Positions 8,790 to 16,207 of a stretch of DNA of 38,228 nt are shown here, piece by piece. The position numbers and the translations under genes are program-made. The DNA comes from a virus. The notes beneath the pieces were generated by a model. It had not been told where the DNA came from and ran no database searches. It worked only from the letters and a program-made list of their open reading frames with translations. How positions within the stretch are numbered: position 1 is the stretch's first letter; every line of letters begins with the position of its first letter. The DNA lies in IMG/VR virus record IMGVR_UViG_3300045988_064337, positions 1 to 38,228 of that record. One strand, given 5' to 3'.

Positions 8790-8824
8790 CAAAAATAAAA
8801 ACCCGGCAGTAGGAATACCGGGTT
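8790..8824 (-). terminator. Intrinsic terminator-like hairpin, oriented on the minus strand
   Basis: The minus strand reads AACCCGG-11 nt-CCGGGTT followed by TTTATTTTT. A second hairpin, TTTTGCC/GGCAAAA, lies at 8771-8794. Confidence 0.5.
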
Positions 8825-8896
8825 CTTTCTCCGAATTAGATTTCTAATGGGAGGCTGATTGGAGGTGTTAATTCTGAAATCAGCGAAAAAACTTTG

Positions 8897-8904
8897 CAAA
8901 TGTA
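8897..8904 (-). promoter_or_regulatory. Candidate Bacteroidota-type -7 box (TACATTTG on the minus strand)
   Basis: Exact TAnnTTTG match. It lies about 160 nt upstream of the 40-aa ORF. Confidence 0.3.
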
Positions 8905-8999
8905 AGAGTTTTTTGCACACAAAAGCAAATTTTATTAACAAAAAGTAGCATAAAGTAAAATAAAGTTTACATAGATGAGACTTTTAGAACATTATCAAA

Positions 9000-9560
9000 A
9001 TGCTAAAGAATAGGAAAATACAACTGGTGTCATTTCTTCCCGAACTGGTGTCATTTCTTCCCGAACTGGTGACATTTGCTCTGCTTGCCGTGCTTGTGAC
9101 ATCCTGCGGCAGTTCACGACATGCAGTAACCAGTATCGAGACACACGACAGCACCAAGGTGGAAGTCAGGACGGAGCGAATAGAGCACATAGACACAATC
9201 TATGTCGAGCTGCCGAGGCAAGTGGAGCGCATAGTTACACAGGACACGACATCGCGCCTCGAGAATGACTATGCCGTGTCGGAGGCAAGGGTCGAGGCTG
9301 GTATGCTTCACCACACGCTGGAGACCAAGGCGGCAAAGATACCTGTTCTCTCCAAGTCCACCATCGAGAAGAAGGACAGCGTCACGACTAATTCGAAGTC
9401 TGAAGTCGAAAAGGAAAAGGTCTATATCGAGAAAGAGCTGACGGCATGGCAGCGCTTCAGGTTGCGCGGCTTCTGGATCCTCGCGGCAATCGTTGCCGCC
9501 ATTGGGTTCTGGAAATTCCGGAGGCCGATTCTCGGTTTGCTTACGAAATTGATTTCGTAA
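9000..9560 (+). CDS. Candidate unimolecular spanin (N-terminal lipoprotein signal plus C-terminal TM helix)
   Basis: Lipobox LVTSC. The C-terminus reads GFWILAAIVAAIGFWKFRR. It lies downstream of the holin and endolysin. Confidence 0.5.
   Translation: MLKNRKIQLVSFLPELVSFLPELVTFALLAVLVTSCGSSRHAVTSIETHDSTKVEVRTERIEHIDTIYVELPRQVERIVTQDTTSRLENDYAVSEARVEAGMLHHTLETKAAKIPVLSKSTIEKKDSVTTNSKSEVEKEKVYIEKELTAWQRFRLRGFWILAAIVAAIGFWKFRRPILGLLTKLIS
9024..9083 (+). repeat. 21-bp tandem repeat, about 2.8 copies (ctggtgtcatttcttcccgaa)
   Basis: 9024-9044 and 9045-9065 are identical, and a diverged third copy starts at 9066. The repeat encodes LVSFLPE-LVSFLPE-LVTFALL in the signal peptide. Confidence 0.9.
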
Positions 9561-9632
9561 GCAAAAAAAGAGGGGCATAAAAAGTCCCCGACTTGCAAGA
9601 GCAAGATTTGTTTAGCGCCAACTAAAAGAAAA

Positions 9633-9698
9633 ACCCACACCAGCAATACGAGGGCACTATTGCCTCGGTAATTGAATGGTGTGGGTCTGTTTTTCTTT
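9633..9698. terminator. Bidirectional terminator-like structure
   Basis: ACCCACACCA (9633-9642) pairs with TGGTGTGGGT (9677-9686). An inner hairpin CGAGGGCA/TGCCTCG is present. T runs follow the structure on both strands. Confidence 0.5.
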
Positions 9699-9743
9699 CG
9701 TTGTTGGCTGAGGCGAAGATAACTAATAAAAATTGAATAAGAA

Positions 9744-10034
9744 ATGAAAAAATCAGAAATTTTTGCCTCAGTGCTCGCAGACGTCTCTGCGGAGACCGAA
9801 ATCGACAGTGACCGGATACTCTCTTCGGAACGAAAGGAGGAGGTCGTGGACGCGCGTTATCTCGTCATCTTCCTGCTGCTCGGCAACGGCTTCTATCCGG
9901 CAATGATTGCGGAGAGAATGGGTTTGTCGGCACGTGCCGTAAGGAGCGCAATATCGGGGTTCGAGGCACGCCTCGCGAACTCGGCAGGTCTGCGTCTGGT
10001 ATGCCAGAGGCTGTCTCGGAAGTGGCTCGTATAA
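9744..10034 (+). CDS. Small HTH protein resembling the DnaA C-terminal DNA-binding domain
   Basis: The segment ILSSERKEEVVDARYLVIFLLL...IAERMGLSARAVRSAI fits the pattern of DnaA domain IV-like proteins. Confidence 0.45.
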   Translation: MKKSEIFASVLADVSAETEIDSDRILSSERKEEVVDARYLVIFLLLGNGFYPAMIAERMGLSARAVRSAISGFEARLANSAGLRLVCQRLSRKWLV

Positions 10035-10106
10035 ACAGGGAAATAACGCGGAAGTAATAGACACGGAACGCGGTGACAACCTCCTGAATTTCAGCGAATA
10101 TGTTGA

Positions 10107-10114
10107 TATGTTTG
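10107..10114 (+). promoter_or_regulatory. Candidate -7 box TATGTTTG
   Basis: Exact TAnnTTTG match, 69 nt upstream of the ATG at 10183. Confidence 0.3.
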
Positions 10115-10182
10115 CATCACGATGTACACGTGCCAGTACCGCCGAAGGCTCAAGAGGCGGGTAACACTAATACCAACATATT

Positions 10183-11010
10183 ATGTCAGAAATGGTAGAT
10201 AAAATCTATTGTTGCGATAGGGGTAACAATGATATTCTTGCTGCCGCGATGCTCGGCAAGCGCGATACCGATCCGATGGCGTTGATGGCTGCAATGAACG
10301 GCGGGGCCAACAACTGGATGAACAATCCATGGATGTACCTGATATTCCTCGCACTCTTCGGAGGAAACGGATTCGGCTTCGGGAATAGAGGTCTTCAGGG
10401 CACTGAAATTCAGAGTCAGATTGATTCTCTAAGAAATCAGATGGCAGACAACCACAACAGCGACCTGCTGATGTCGGCAATCAAGGGCAATGACAATGCA
10501 ATTTCCGCACTTGCGGCAAGTCTCAACTGCGACTTCAACCAGTTGCAGGGAGGAATATGCGCAGTCCGCTCGGCTATCGAGCAGGTAGGAGGACAGGTCG
10601 GCTTTTCGGCTGAGCGCGTCATAAATGCCGTAAATATGGGCGACTGCAACGTCATCCAGGCAATCAAGGACTGCTGCTGCAACACACAGCAGAACATCCT
10701 CCGGATGGGCTACGAGAACCAGCTCGGCCAGAAGGATATCGAATACAAGATTCAGACTGGACTTGACTTCGTGAACAGGAGCGTCGAGCGCGGCTTCTCC
10801 GGCATCGGCTTTCAGATGCAGCAGGACAAGTGCGACATTGTGCGCGCAGGTCAGGACAACACTCAGCGCATTATTGACACCCTCAATAGTCACTGGCAGG
10901 CTGACCTCCAGCAGAGGTACAATGACGCACGTCTCGAGCTCTCGCAGCAGAAGCAGAATGCTGAACTCATCGCGGCTCTCAAGCCGACAGCTACCACAGC
11001 TGGGGCATAG
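10183..11010 (+). CDS. Hypothetical membrane-anchored Cys- and Gln/Asn-rich protein
   Basis: 275 aa. The hydrophobic segment is NPWMYLIFLALFGGNGFGFG. CC and CCC runs are present. The C-terminal part is helical. Confidence 0.6.
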   Translation: MSEMVDKIYCCDRGNNDILAAAMLGKRDTDPMALMAAMNGGANNWMNNPWMYLIFLALFGGNGFGFGNRGLQGTEIQSQIDSLRNQMADNHNSDLLMSAIKGNDNAISALAASLNCDFNQLQGGICAVRSAIEQVGGQVGFSAERVINAVNMGDCNVIQAIKDCCCNTQQNILRMGYENQLGQKDIEYKIQTGLDFVNRSVERGFSGIGFQMQQDKCDIVRAGQDNTQRIIDTLNSHWQADLQQRYNDARLELSQQKQNAELIAALKPTATTAGA

Positions 11011-11025
11011 TCCCATTTGTATTAC

Positions 11026-11054
11026 GGAGTGGAGGGGTAAGAATCTCTCCACTC
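11026..11054 (+). terminator. Hairpin (weak terminator candidate)
   Basis: GAGTGGAG (11027-11034) pairs with CTCCACTC (11047-11054), followed by ATAATTATTT. Confidence 0.3.
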
Positions 11055-11070
11055 ATAATTATTTCAAGCT

Positions 11071-11544
11071 ATGTACTTCAAAGATCTGAAACAAAACTAT
11101 CCCGTATATATCCTCGACAAGCAGACACTGACGTTGACTCAAGGCAAGGCCGTTGCCGTCGGTTTCCCTCGTATGGAAATGAATCCTGCTGCCGGCAAGT
11201 CCGGGATGGTTGTCGATGTCTCCATAGTAGCGGACGGCAAGACAGCCAATTATGTTATCCCTGAAAACCTTTCAGTTACTTATGCAGGCAACCTTGTCTT
11301 GTCCGTGGACAGGCAGGGACTTGCAGGAGAGGTCGAATCCATGAAAGTGACCGCAGAACAGGCAATTGCCTCGGTTGAACAACAGAAGCAAATCCTTGAA
11401 AAATCGACTACGCTGCTGGCAGAACTGAATCCGACGTACCGCGAGAAGCAGGAAACGGAACAGCGTTTCAGTAAGATTGAAGCGTCAATGGGTGAACTCA
11501 AGGACATGCTTTCAAGACTGGTGAACCAGCCGAGCAAAATGTAA
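11071..11544 (+). CDS. Hypothetical protein with a C-terminal coiled coil
   Basis: 157-aa ORF in the same orientation as its neighbours, with tight spacing. Confidence 0.6.
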   Translation: MYFKDLKQNYPVYILDKQTLTLTQGKAVAVGFPRMEMNPAAGKSGMVVDVSIVADGKTANYVIPENLSVTYAGNLVLSVDRQGLAGEVESMKVTAEQAIASVEQQKQILEKSTTLLAELNPTYREKQETEQRFSKIEASMGELKDMLSRLVNQPSKM

Positions 11545-11565
11545 CAATTCTAAATTAGCAAGATT

Positions 11566-12042
11566 ATGGACACGAATATAATTGCGGACAGGTTCATGGA
11601 TCTCCTCCGCGAAAGGATAGACACTGAAACAGGGCAGGCAATCATCCTGAAGCTCATCGAGACGATGGATGCGGAATCGGCAAGCGCCATAGCGGACGAA
11701 TGCGAGGACTTCGTAAGATATCGCGAATATCTGTCAGAGGATGAGGCTGAAGACATTGTCCGGAAGTTCGTCAATTTCGACGGCTCCCGAGGCGCACACT
11801 GGGAGGATCCAGATGAAGCGTTCCAGGTCCTTCAGAATCTCAACATCCGCTTCGAGGAAGACGGCGAATACAATCGTTGGGCGTTCTTCGCTGTACTGAA
11901 CATGATATGGTCGGACGACTGGGGCGTGCTTCGGAACTATGCAAGCCCGGAGCAGGAAGCCCGCGTCTGCGCGGAACTTGCCCAGGCTAAACTGGAGGAC
12001 AAGGACAAAGTGTTCTCCGTCAGAAAATATTTCAGCCTCTGA
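11566..12042 (+). CDS. Hypothetical acidic protein
   Basis: 158-aa ORF, Asp/Glu-rich, containing the motif NFDGSRGAHWEDPDEA. Confidence 0.6.
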   Translation: MDTNIIADRFMDLLRERIDTETGQAIILKLIETMDAESASAIADECEDFVRYREYLSEDEAEDIVRKFVNFDGSRGAHWEDPDEAFQVLQNLNIRFEEDGEYNRWAFFAVLNMIWSDDWGVLRNYASPEQEARVCAELAQAKLEDKDKVFSVRKYFSL

Positions 12043-12123
12043 CGAAACATCGCAAAAAATACATATCTTTGCAACCGATTTTGAGACGATTGGGAATTAA
12101 GGTTTTTCCGATTTTTTACAAAT

Positions 12124-12139
12124 GTTTACAAATAGTTTA
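12124..12139 (+). repeat. Direct repeat gtttacaaatagttta, copy 1 (candidate integrase arm-type site)
   Basis: The same 16-mer recurs at 12328-12343. TTTACAAA units start at 12115, 12125, 12329 and 12340. Confidence 0.6.
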
Positions 12140-12171
12140 ATAATGTGAAAAATCAGAATTGAGATAATCGC

Positions 12172-12192
12172 TTGTAATTCACTTAATTACAA
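12172..12192. other. Inverted repeat TTGTAATT-cactt-AATTACAA (candidate attP core)
   Basis: Perfect 8-bp arms with a 5-nt spacer. It lies between the two arm-like repeat clusters upstream of int. Confidence 0.35.
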
Positions 12193-12253
12193 TACTTATA
12201 TATAATGAACTGCCAACATAAAAAGAAATTGTTTGGCGTGTGTGAGTTAAAAG

Positions 12254-12292
12254 GCCATTCAGCGGTAATTTGCTGAATGGCTATTTTTTATT
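12254..12292 (+). terminator. Rho-independent terminator
   Basis: GCCATTCAGC, an 8-nt loop, then GCTGAATGGC, followed by TATTTTTTATTT. Confidence 0.75.
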
Positions 12293-12309
12293 TGTTAGAG
12301 AAAAATGCC

Positions 12310-12317
12310 TACATTTG
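12310..12317 (+). promoter_or_regulatory. Candidate -7 box TACATTTG for int
   Basis: Exact TAnnTTTG match, 34 nt upstream of the int ATG. A TTTG lies at 12291-12294. Confidence 0.4.
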
Positions 12318-12327
12318 CCCTGAATTT

Positions 12328-12343
12328 GTTTACAAATAGTTTA
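12328..12343 (+). repeat. Direct repeat gtttacaaatagttta, copy 2
   Basis: Identical to 12124-12139. Confidence 0.6.
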
Positions 12344-12351
12344 CAAAAGTT

Positions 12352-13575
12352 ATGGGCTCCATCACATTCAAGGCTGTCGTCTCTGATTACCGGAAGGCTG
12401 ACGGCACGCAGACTATCAGGATAAGGGTGACGGCAAACAGGAAGGTCAAGTACATCTCAACCAACATCGCCGTAACCGAATCGCAGCTCACGCGCTCCGG
12501 CAATATCCGCGACCGCGCGGTGCTTGACAAGATTGACCTTCTGATTGCGAAGATGAGAGCGGCGGCTTCGCACATCAACACATTCGCGGCATCACAGATG
12601 TCGGTTGACGAGATCGTGCAGTTCATAGACAAAGGACAGGATGAAGATTTCAGGCTTGATTTCTACCAGTTCGCCGAAGAAATCATTGCCGGCAAGACGG
12701 CAGAACATACGCGCTATCATTATCGTAATGCTCTGAATGCCTTGAAAAAGTTCACAGGGAAAATCACCCTGGACATCTCGGAAATAACATCATCATTTAT
12801 GCGCAACTTCGAGGCGTGGCTGGTGGCTAAGTATGGAGCTGGTTCCCGATGTACGGGTGCATATCCTTCGGGCATCGGGCACATTCACGCACAGGCTCGT
12901 ATGCGCTTCAACAATGAGGAAACACGAGATATCAAAATCCGGAATCCGTTTGCATATTATCATCCGGTCAGGACTCGTCAGGCGCCGCACAGGAACGTAA
13001 GCAGGGAGACGATACAGGCGATAATCGACAAGCGCGGCATGATAACAAACAGGATAGACAAGCGGGCTGTTGACATGTTTTTGTTGTCGTTTGCCTTGAT
13101 GGGAATGAATGCGATAGACTTGCACAGCTGCCCGCCACCTAAAGGTGATGTCTTGATTTATAACAGAACGAAGACGAAAGGTCGTAGAGATGACCGCGCA
13201 GAAATGCACGTGAAGATAGACAAGCGTATCCGGCCGCTGTTCGACAGTTGGGCGGATCCGGCGAGGAAACATGCCTTGCGATTATATGCAACCATGTCCG
13301 CGGATGTTTTCACGACTGAGCTGTCTGTCGGTCTGAAGCGTGCCTGCAAGAAAATGGAAATCGCGGAGCCTCTGACTTTTTACTCTGCACGGCACACCTG
13401 GGCGACGCTGGCATACTCCGCCGGTGTGGACAAGGCGGTCATCAATGACTGCCTGTGTCATATTGACAAGAACATGAGCATCACAGACATCTACATTGCC
13501 AAAGACTGGCAGGTCATGTGGAGGGCAAACGAAAAGGTGCTCGACCTTTTTGACTGGTCAAGCACCCAGAAGTGA
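12352..13575 (+). CDS. int: Tyrosine recombinase / phage integrase (Bacteroidota-type N-terminal arm-binding domain)
   Basis: The N-terminus reads ITFKAVVSDYRKADGTQTIRIRVTANRKVKYISTNI. The C-terminal catalytic region contains ARHTWATLA, LCH and DIYIAKD. Confidence 0.9.
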   Translation: MGSITFKAVVSDYRKADGTQTIRIRVTANRKVKYISTNIAVTESQLTRSGNIRDRAVLDKIDLLIAKMRAAASHINTFAASQMSVDEIVQFIDKGQDEDFRLDFYQFAEEIIAGKTAEHTRYHYRNALNALKKFTGKITLDISEITSSFMRNFEAWLVAKYGAGSRCTGAYPSGIGHIHAQARMRFNNEETRDIKIRNPFAYYHPVRTRQAPHRNVSRETIQAIIDKRGMITNRIDKRAVDMFLLSFALMGMNAIDLHSCPPPKGDVLIYNRTKTKGRRDDRAEMHVKIDKRIRPLFDSWADPARKHALRLYATMSADVFTTELSVGLKRACKKMEIAEPLTFYSARHTWATLAYSAGVDKAVINDCLCHIDKNMSITDIYIAKDWQVMWRANEKVLDLFDWSSTQK

Positions 13576-13584
13576 TCGCGAGCC

Positions 13585-13797
13585 TTAGTCCTGCTGCTCG
13601 CACAGGTCGACGAGTGTGGCGATTGCGACATCTATGACCTTGCCGCGGGATATTCCCTGCTGCTTTGCCCGCTCGGCGATGAAGGCGAATGTCTCAGGGG
13701 CAATCATGGCGTTGAACGTCACTCTCTTTTTTTCTGCCGATATTCCAGGGCGGCCGGCTCCTGGCCGAGCGCCGCCGTGCGTGAATCTTTCTGCCAT
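13585..13797 (-). CDS. Ribbon-helix-helix-like small DNA-binding protein (excisionase/regulator candidate)
   Basis: 70 aa. A GGARPGAGRP tail is followed by RVTFNAMIAPETFAFIAERAKQQGISRGKVIDVAIATL, consistent with a strand-helix-helix fold. It converges on int with a 9-nt gap. Confidence 0.45.
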   Translation of the reverse strand: MAERFTHGGARPGAGRPGISAEKKRVTFNAMIAPETFAFIAERAKQQGISRGKVIDVAIATLVDLCEQQD

Positions 13798-13888
13798 ATC
13801 CGTAACTTTTTAACAGCCGCCGCCCGGAAGCGGCGGTCCTGTCATTTCCTGAAACTCTTGCTTTGTCATAACTATTGATATTTGATAA

Positions 13889-14089
13889 TTAAAACTCAAA
13901 CTCGTCGGCGCTGAAAGTTGCTCCATCAACATTTACGTCGTTCCTTTCAAGGAAGCTTTTGACCTTGTCCACATTGGATGTCCCAAGCATATAGATTGTC
14001 CCGAAGTCGTAAACGAAGCGGGCGTTCAACGCTACCAGTGCATTTACTAAATTCTGAGAATTTGCTGTGTTGATTTTGACTGCTTTCAT
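13889..14089 (-). CDS. Hypothetical protein (66 aa from MKAVKINTA)
   Basis: The longer listed start at 14116 overlaps a -7 box, so the internal Met at 14089 is preferred. Confidence 0.45.
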   Translation of the reverse strand: MKAVKINTANSQNLVNALVALNARFVYDFGTIYMLGTSNVDKVKSFLERNDVNVDGATFSADEFEF

Positions 14090-14113
14090 AGCCTTTGTTT
14101 CATTTAACTGGTG

Positions 14114-14121
14114 CAAATATA
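14114..14121 (-). promoter_or_regulatory. Candidate -7 box TATATTTG (minus strand)
   Basis: Exact TAnnTTTG match, 25 nt upstream of the ATG at 14089. Confidence 0.3.
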
Positions 14122-14202
14122 CAGCTTTAATTTGAATAAAACAATAGGAAATTCAAAAAAGCAGAAATTTTTTCACTTTTTTTGTCAAGCACGCTCCTGG
14201 TG

Positions 14203-14814
14203 TCAAAAGTCAGGCGACAGGTAGCCGGGCTTGCTGAAGTCAACAGCCTCGGTGAACATCCTGTCTAATACGTCAAGCGCCACATCCAGTGTCGCCACCT
14301 CTCTAAGTCCTCCGGTCTTTTCGTCAATGAGAAAATCGAAGTAGCCGCTTTCAATTCCGGCTATCCGCCCGGAGGCATATATATCATCAAATGTAACGCG
14401 ATACCTGCCATTTTTGACTTGCACGACGACACGAGCCTTGAACTTGTCTATGTTGAGCAGGAACACCGGCATCTTGCCTCTCCTGTAGCCGTACTTCTGA
14501 ACAGGAATCTGGCCTCGCCATTTATAGTCACACACCAGGGTGGAATCATCCAGGATCCGGCAGTGCGGGAAACCCTTCCAAAAGAACAAGCCTTGAAGTT
14601 CCTGGATGTTGCCGATGTCGGAAACAAAGACCTTCTGCCAGGCAACATCGCTGCCGTCAACGACGATGAAATTATGCGAGGCGATTGCCTCGACCGGGAC
14701 TGTCTCCTCCTTGTTGTTGCCGATACTCAGCTTCAATTTCCGTTCGAAGTCCTGAGCCTGGCACAAAACCGGCAGCATGATGGCCGCCGCGAACAACATA
14801 ATTGCTTTCTTCAT
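14203..14814 (-). CDS. Exported protein with an N-terminal signal peptide (prophage cargo)
   Basis: The N-terminus reads MKKAIMLFAAAIMLPVLCQAQD. The 203-aa ORF is the last gene of the repressor-proximal minus-strand operon. Confidence 0.6.
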   Translation of the reverse strand: MKKAIMLFAAAIMLPVLCQAQDFERKLKLSIGNNKEETVPVEAIASHNFIVVDGSDVAWQKVFVSDIGNIQELQGLFFWKGFPHCRILDDSTLVCDYKWRGQIPVQKYGYRRGKMPVFLLNIDKFKARVVVQVKNGRYRVTFDDIYASGRIAGIESGYFDFLIDEKTGGLREVATLDVALDVLDRMFTEAVDFSKPGYLSPDF

Positions 14815-14816
14815 AT

Positions 14817-15287
14817 TTATTTGAGAGTTAGATTCGAGTCGGCAGATCCGCCGTTGTGACAGCCGATGGTGTAGGTGTTCCGGCTCCCTGTGAGGCTTTC
14901 CGCCAGACGGCGGTAATCCTCCTGCAATTTCCAGTATTTGTCAGTCGCGCTGTGGAGCTGCTCCTTCAGAGCGAGCTTATCAGCCTCCAGGATCTCGATT
15001 CGACGCTGCTTGTCCTCGCTTTCCTTAGCGAAGGAACTTGTCAGCCTATCGAGAAGCGATACAAGTTTAGCATTGTTCTTCTGCGACGTATCGCGCGAAG
15101 ATTGCAAACTGCTGACGTGTGAGGTGTACGCGGTTTCAACCGACTTACAAGCGTTAGTCAATTTGTCAATGATGATGTTTGTCCTGTCGATTCGCGCTTC
15201 TGAGCGCTCGAGCATCTGAGCAACTCCTTCAAGCAAATTGGAGATTAAGGTCTTTAGATCATTGTCACAACTTTCAGAATCTTCCAT
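14817..15287 (-). CDS. Hypothetical coiled-coil protein
   Basis: 156 aa, helical with heptad-like character. There is a 2-nt gap to the downstream gene. Confidence 0.55.
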   Translation of the reverse strand: MEDSESCDNDLKTLISNLLEGVAQMLERSEARIDRTNIIIDKLTNACKSVETAYTSHVSSLQSSRDTSQKNNAKLVSLLDRLTSSFAKESEDKQRRIEILEADKLALKEQLHSATDKYWKLQEDYRRLAESLTGSRNTYTIGCHNGGSADSNLTLK

Positions 15288-15315
15288 AATTATAGTGTTT
15301 TAAATTAAATTTAAG

Positions 15316-15693
15316 TCATTGTTTCTGCTGTGAAGGAATCAGAGACTTCATGAACTCGATTTGTTCGCGGAGCATCTGGTTCTCCTTCTCGAGCACCGCT
15401 ATCTGCGTGCTCGCGTCCCGGGAGGACGGGTTGCTATCGCCGCTCCGGTTCTGACCAATCTGGACATTCACCGAGCCGCCGTTGTTGTTGCCTGCGTAAA
15501 TGCCGCCGTTACCAACAAGCATTGACGTCTCCCATCCCTGCGTATTGTTAAGAAGTAAACTTAATTTTTCCGGAGGTAACTTACTCGCACCAGTTTCGAC
15601 CATAGAAATAAATGCACAAGTCGTGTTCAGATACTTCGCCAAGTCTTTTTGTTTTAATTTATTTGCTTTTCTAAAAGCGCGTAAATCAGCCAT
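15316..15693 (-). CDS. XRE-family HTH repressor with a C-terminal leucine-zipper-like helix (paralog 1)
   Basis: Contains FRKANKLKQKDLAKYLNTTCAFISMVETG, then GNNNGG, then AVLEKENQMLREQIEFMKSL. Confidence 0.75.
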   Translation of the reverse strand: MADLRAFRKANKLKQKDLAKYLNTTCAFISMVETGASKLPPEKLSLLLNNTQGWETSMLVGNGGIYAGNNNGGSVNVQIGQNRSGDSNPSSRDASTQIAVLEKENQMLREQIEFMKSLIPSQQKQ

Positions 15694-15751
15694 TTATCAA
15701 TAAAGTAAAATTGTTTTTCGAGAAGCATTCATAAATGTATAGTATTTAGTG

Positions 15752-15835
15752 TCATTCTGAAGGAGCCTTTATTAACGTCTTCATAAATTCTATCTGTTCA
15801 CGCAGCATCCGATTTTCCTTCTCCTTTTCCGCAGA
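15752..15835 (-). pseudogene. Remnant of a third repressor paralog (C-terminal zipper only)
   Basis: The minus strand reads SAEKEKENRMLREQIEFMKTLIKAPSE*. No HTH or start codon lies upstream. It matches the tail of paralog 1. Confidence 0.55.
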
Positions 15836-15885
15836 GCGCGTCAGCCTGCGAGCATCGCGTTGTCCTTCTGCGGCGTGTCGCGCGC

Positions 15886-16185
15886 CTACTTCAGTTTCGC
15901 GTTAATCTCTTTGAGTGTGACTGACATATCCGCGAACACCTTCATCCCTGAATATATCAGCAGGGACAGTATCAGGACAGAAACGCCGCACAATATAAGC
16001 ACTATGGAAAGTGAACCTCCGTTTCCGAAAAGAATTTGACCTAATCCTATGAGGAGGCCTAATACGGCTACAGATATACCGAGACCCAGAACGGCCGATG
16101 CCGCCATCTCCAGAGTTTTCTCGGCAAAAAGGTTGATTTTTACGGTTTCCTCTCTTGCGGAAGCCGTGCTCGTTGTTTCTTCCAT
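15886..16185 (-). CDS. Small two-TM membrane protein (superinfection-exclusion-type cargo candidate)
   Basis: 99 aa, with hydrophobic segments AASAVLGLGISVAVLGLLIGLGQILF and SIVLILCGVSVLILSLLIYSG. Confidence 0.6.
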   Translation of the reverse strand: MEETTSTASAREETVKINLFAEKTLEMAASAVLGLGISVAVLGLLIGLGQILFGNGGSLSIVLILCGVSVLILSLLIYSGMKVFADMSVTLKEINAKLK

Positions 16186-16207
16186 AACGATATGCTTTTA
16201 TTGGTTG

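Noticed and set aside
8648-8941. 97-aa minus-strand ORF in the endolysin-spanin gap
   Set aside because: It reads across two hairpins and a terminator and has no RBS. The SD-led 40-aa ORF in another frame, with a structured leader, explains the region better.
10429-11052. 207-aa minus-strand ORF antisense to 10183..11010
   Set aside because: It spans exactly the sense gene, which is typical of a shadow ORF. The surrounding transcription signals (a -7 box upstream, a hairpin downstream) fit the + strand gene.
13806-13830. GC hairpin CCGCCGC-ccggaa-GCGGCGG as a terminator
   Set aside because: No T run follows on either strand, and it lies between two co-directional minus-strand genes. It may be structural, but a terminator call is not supported.
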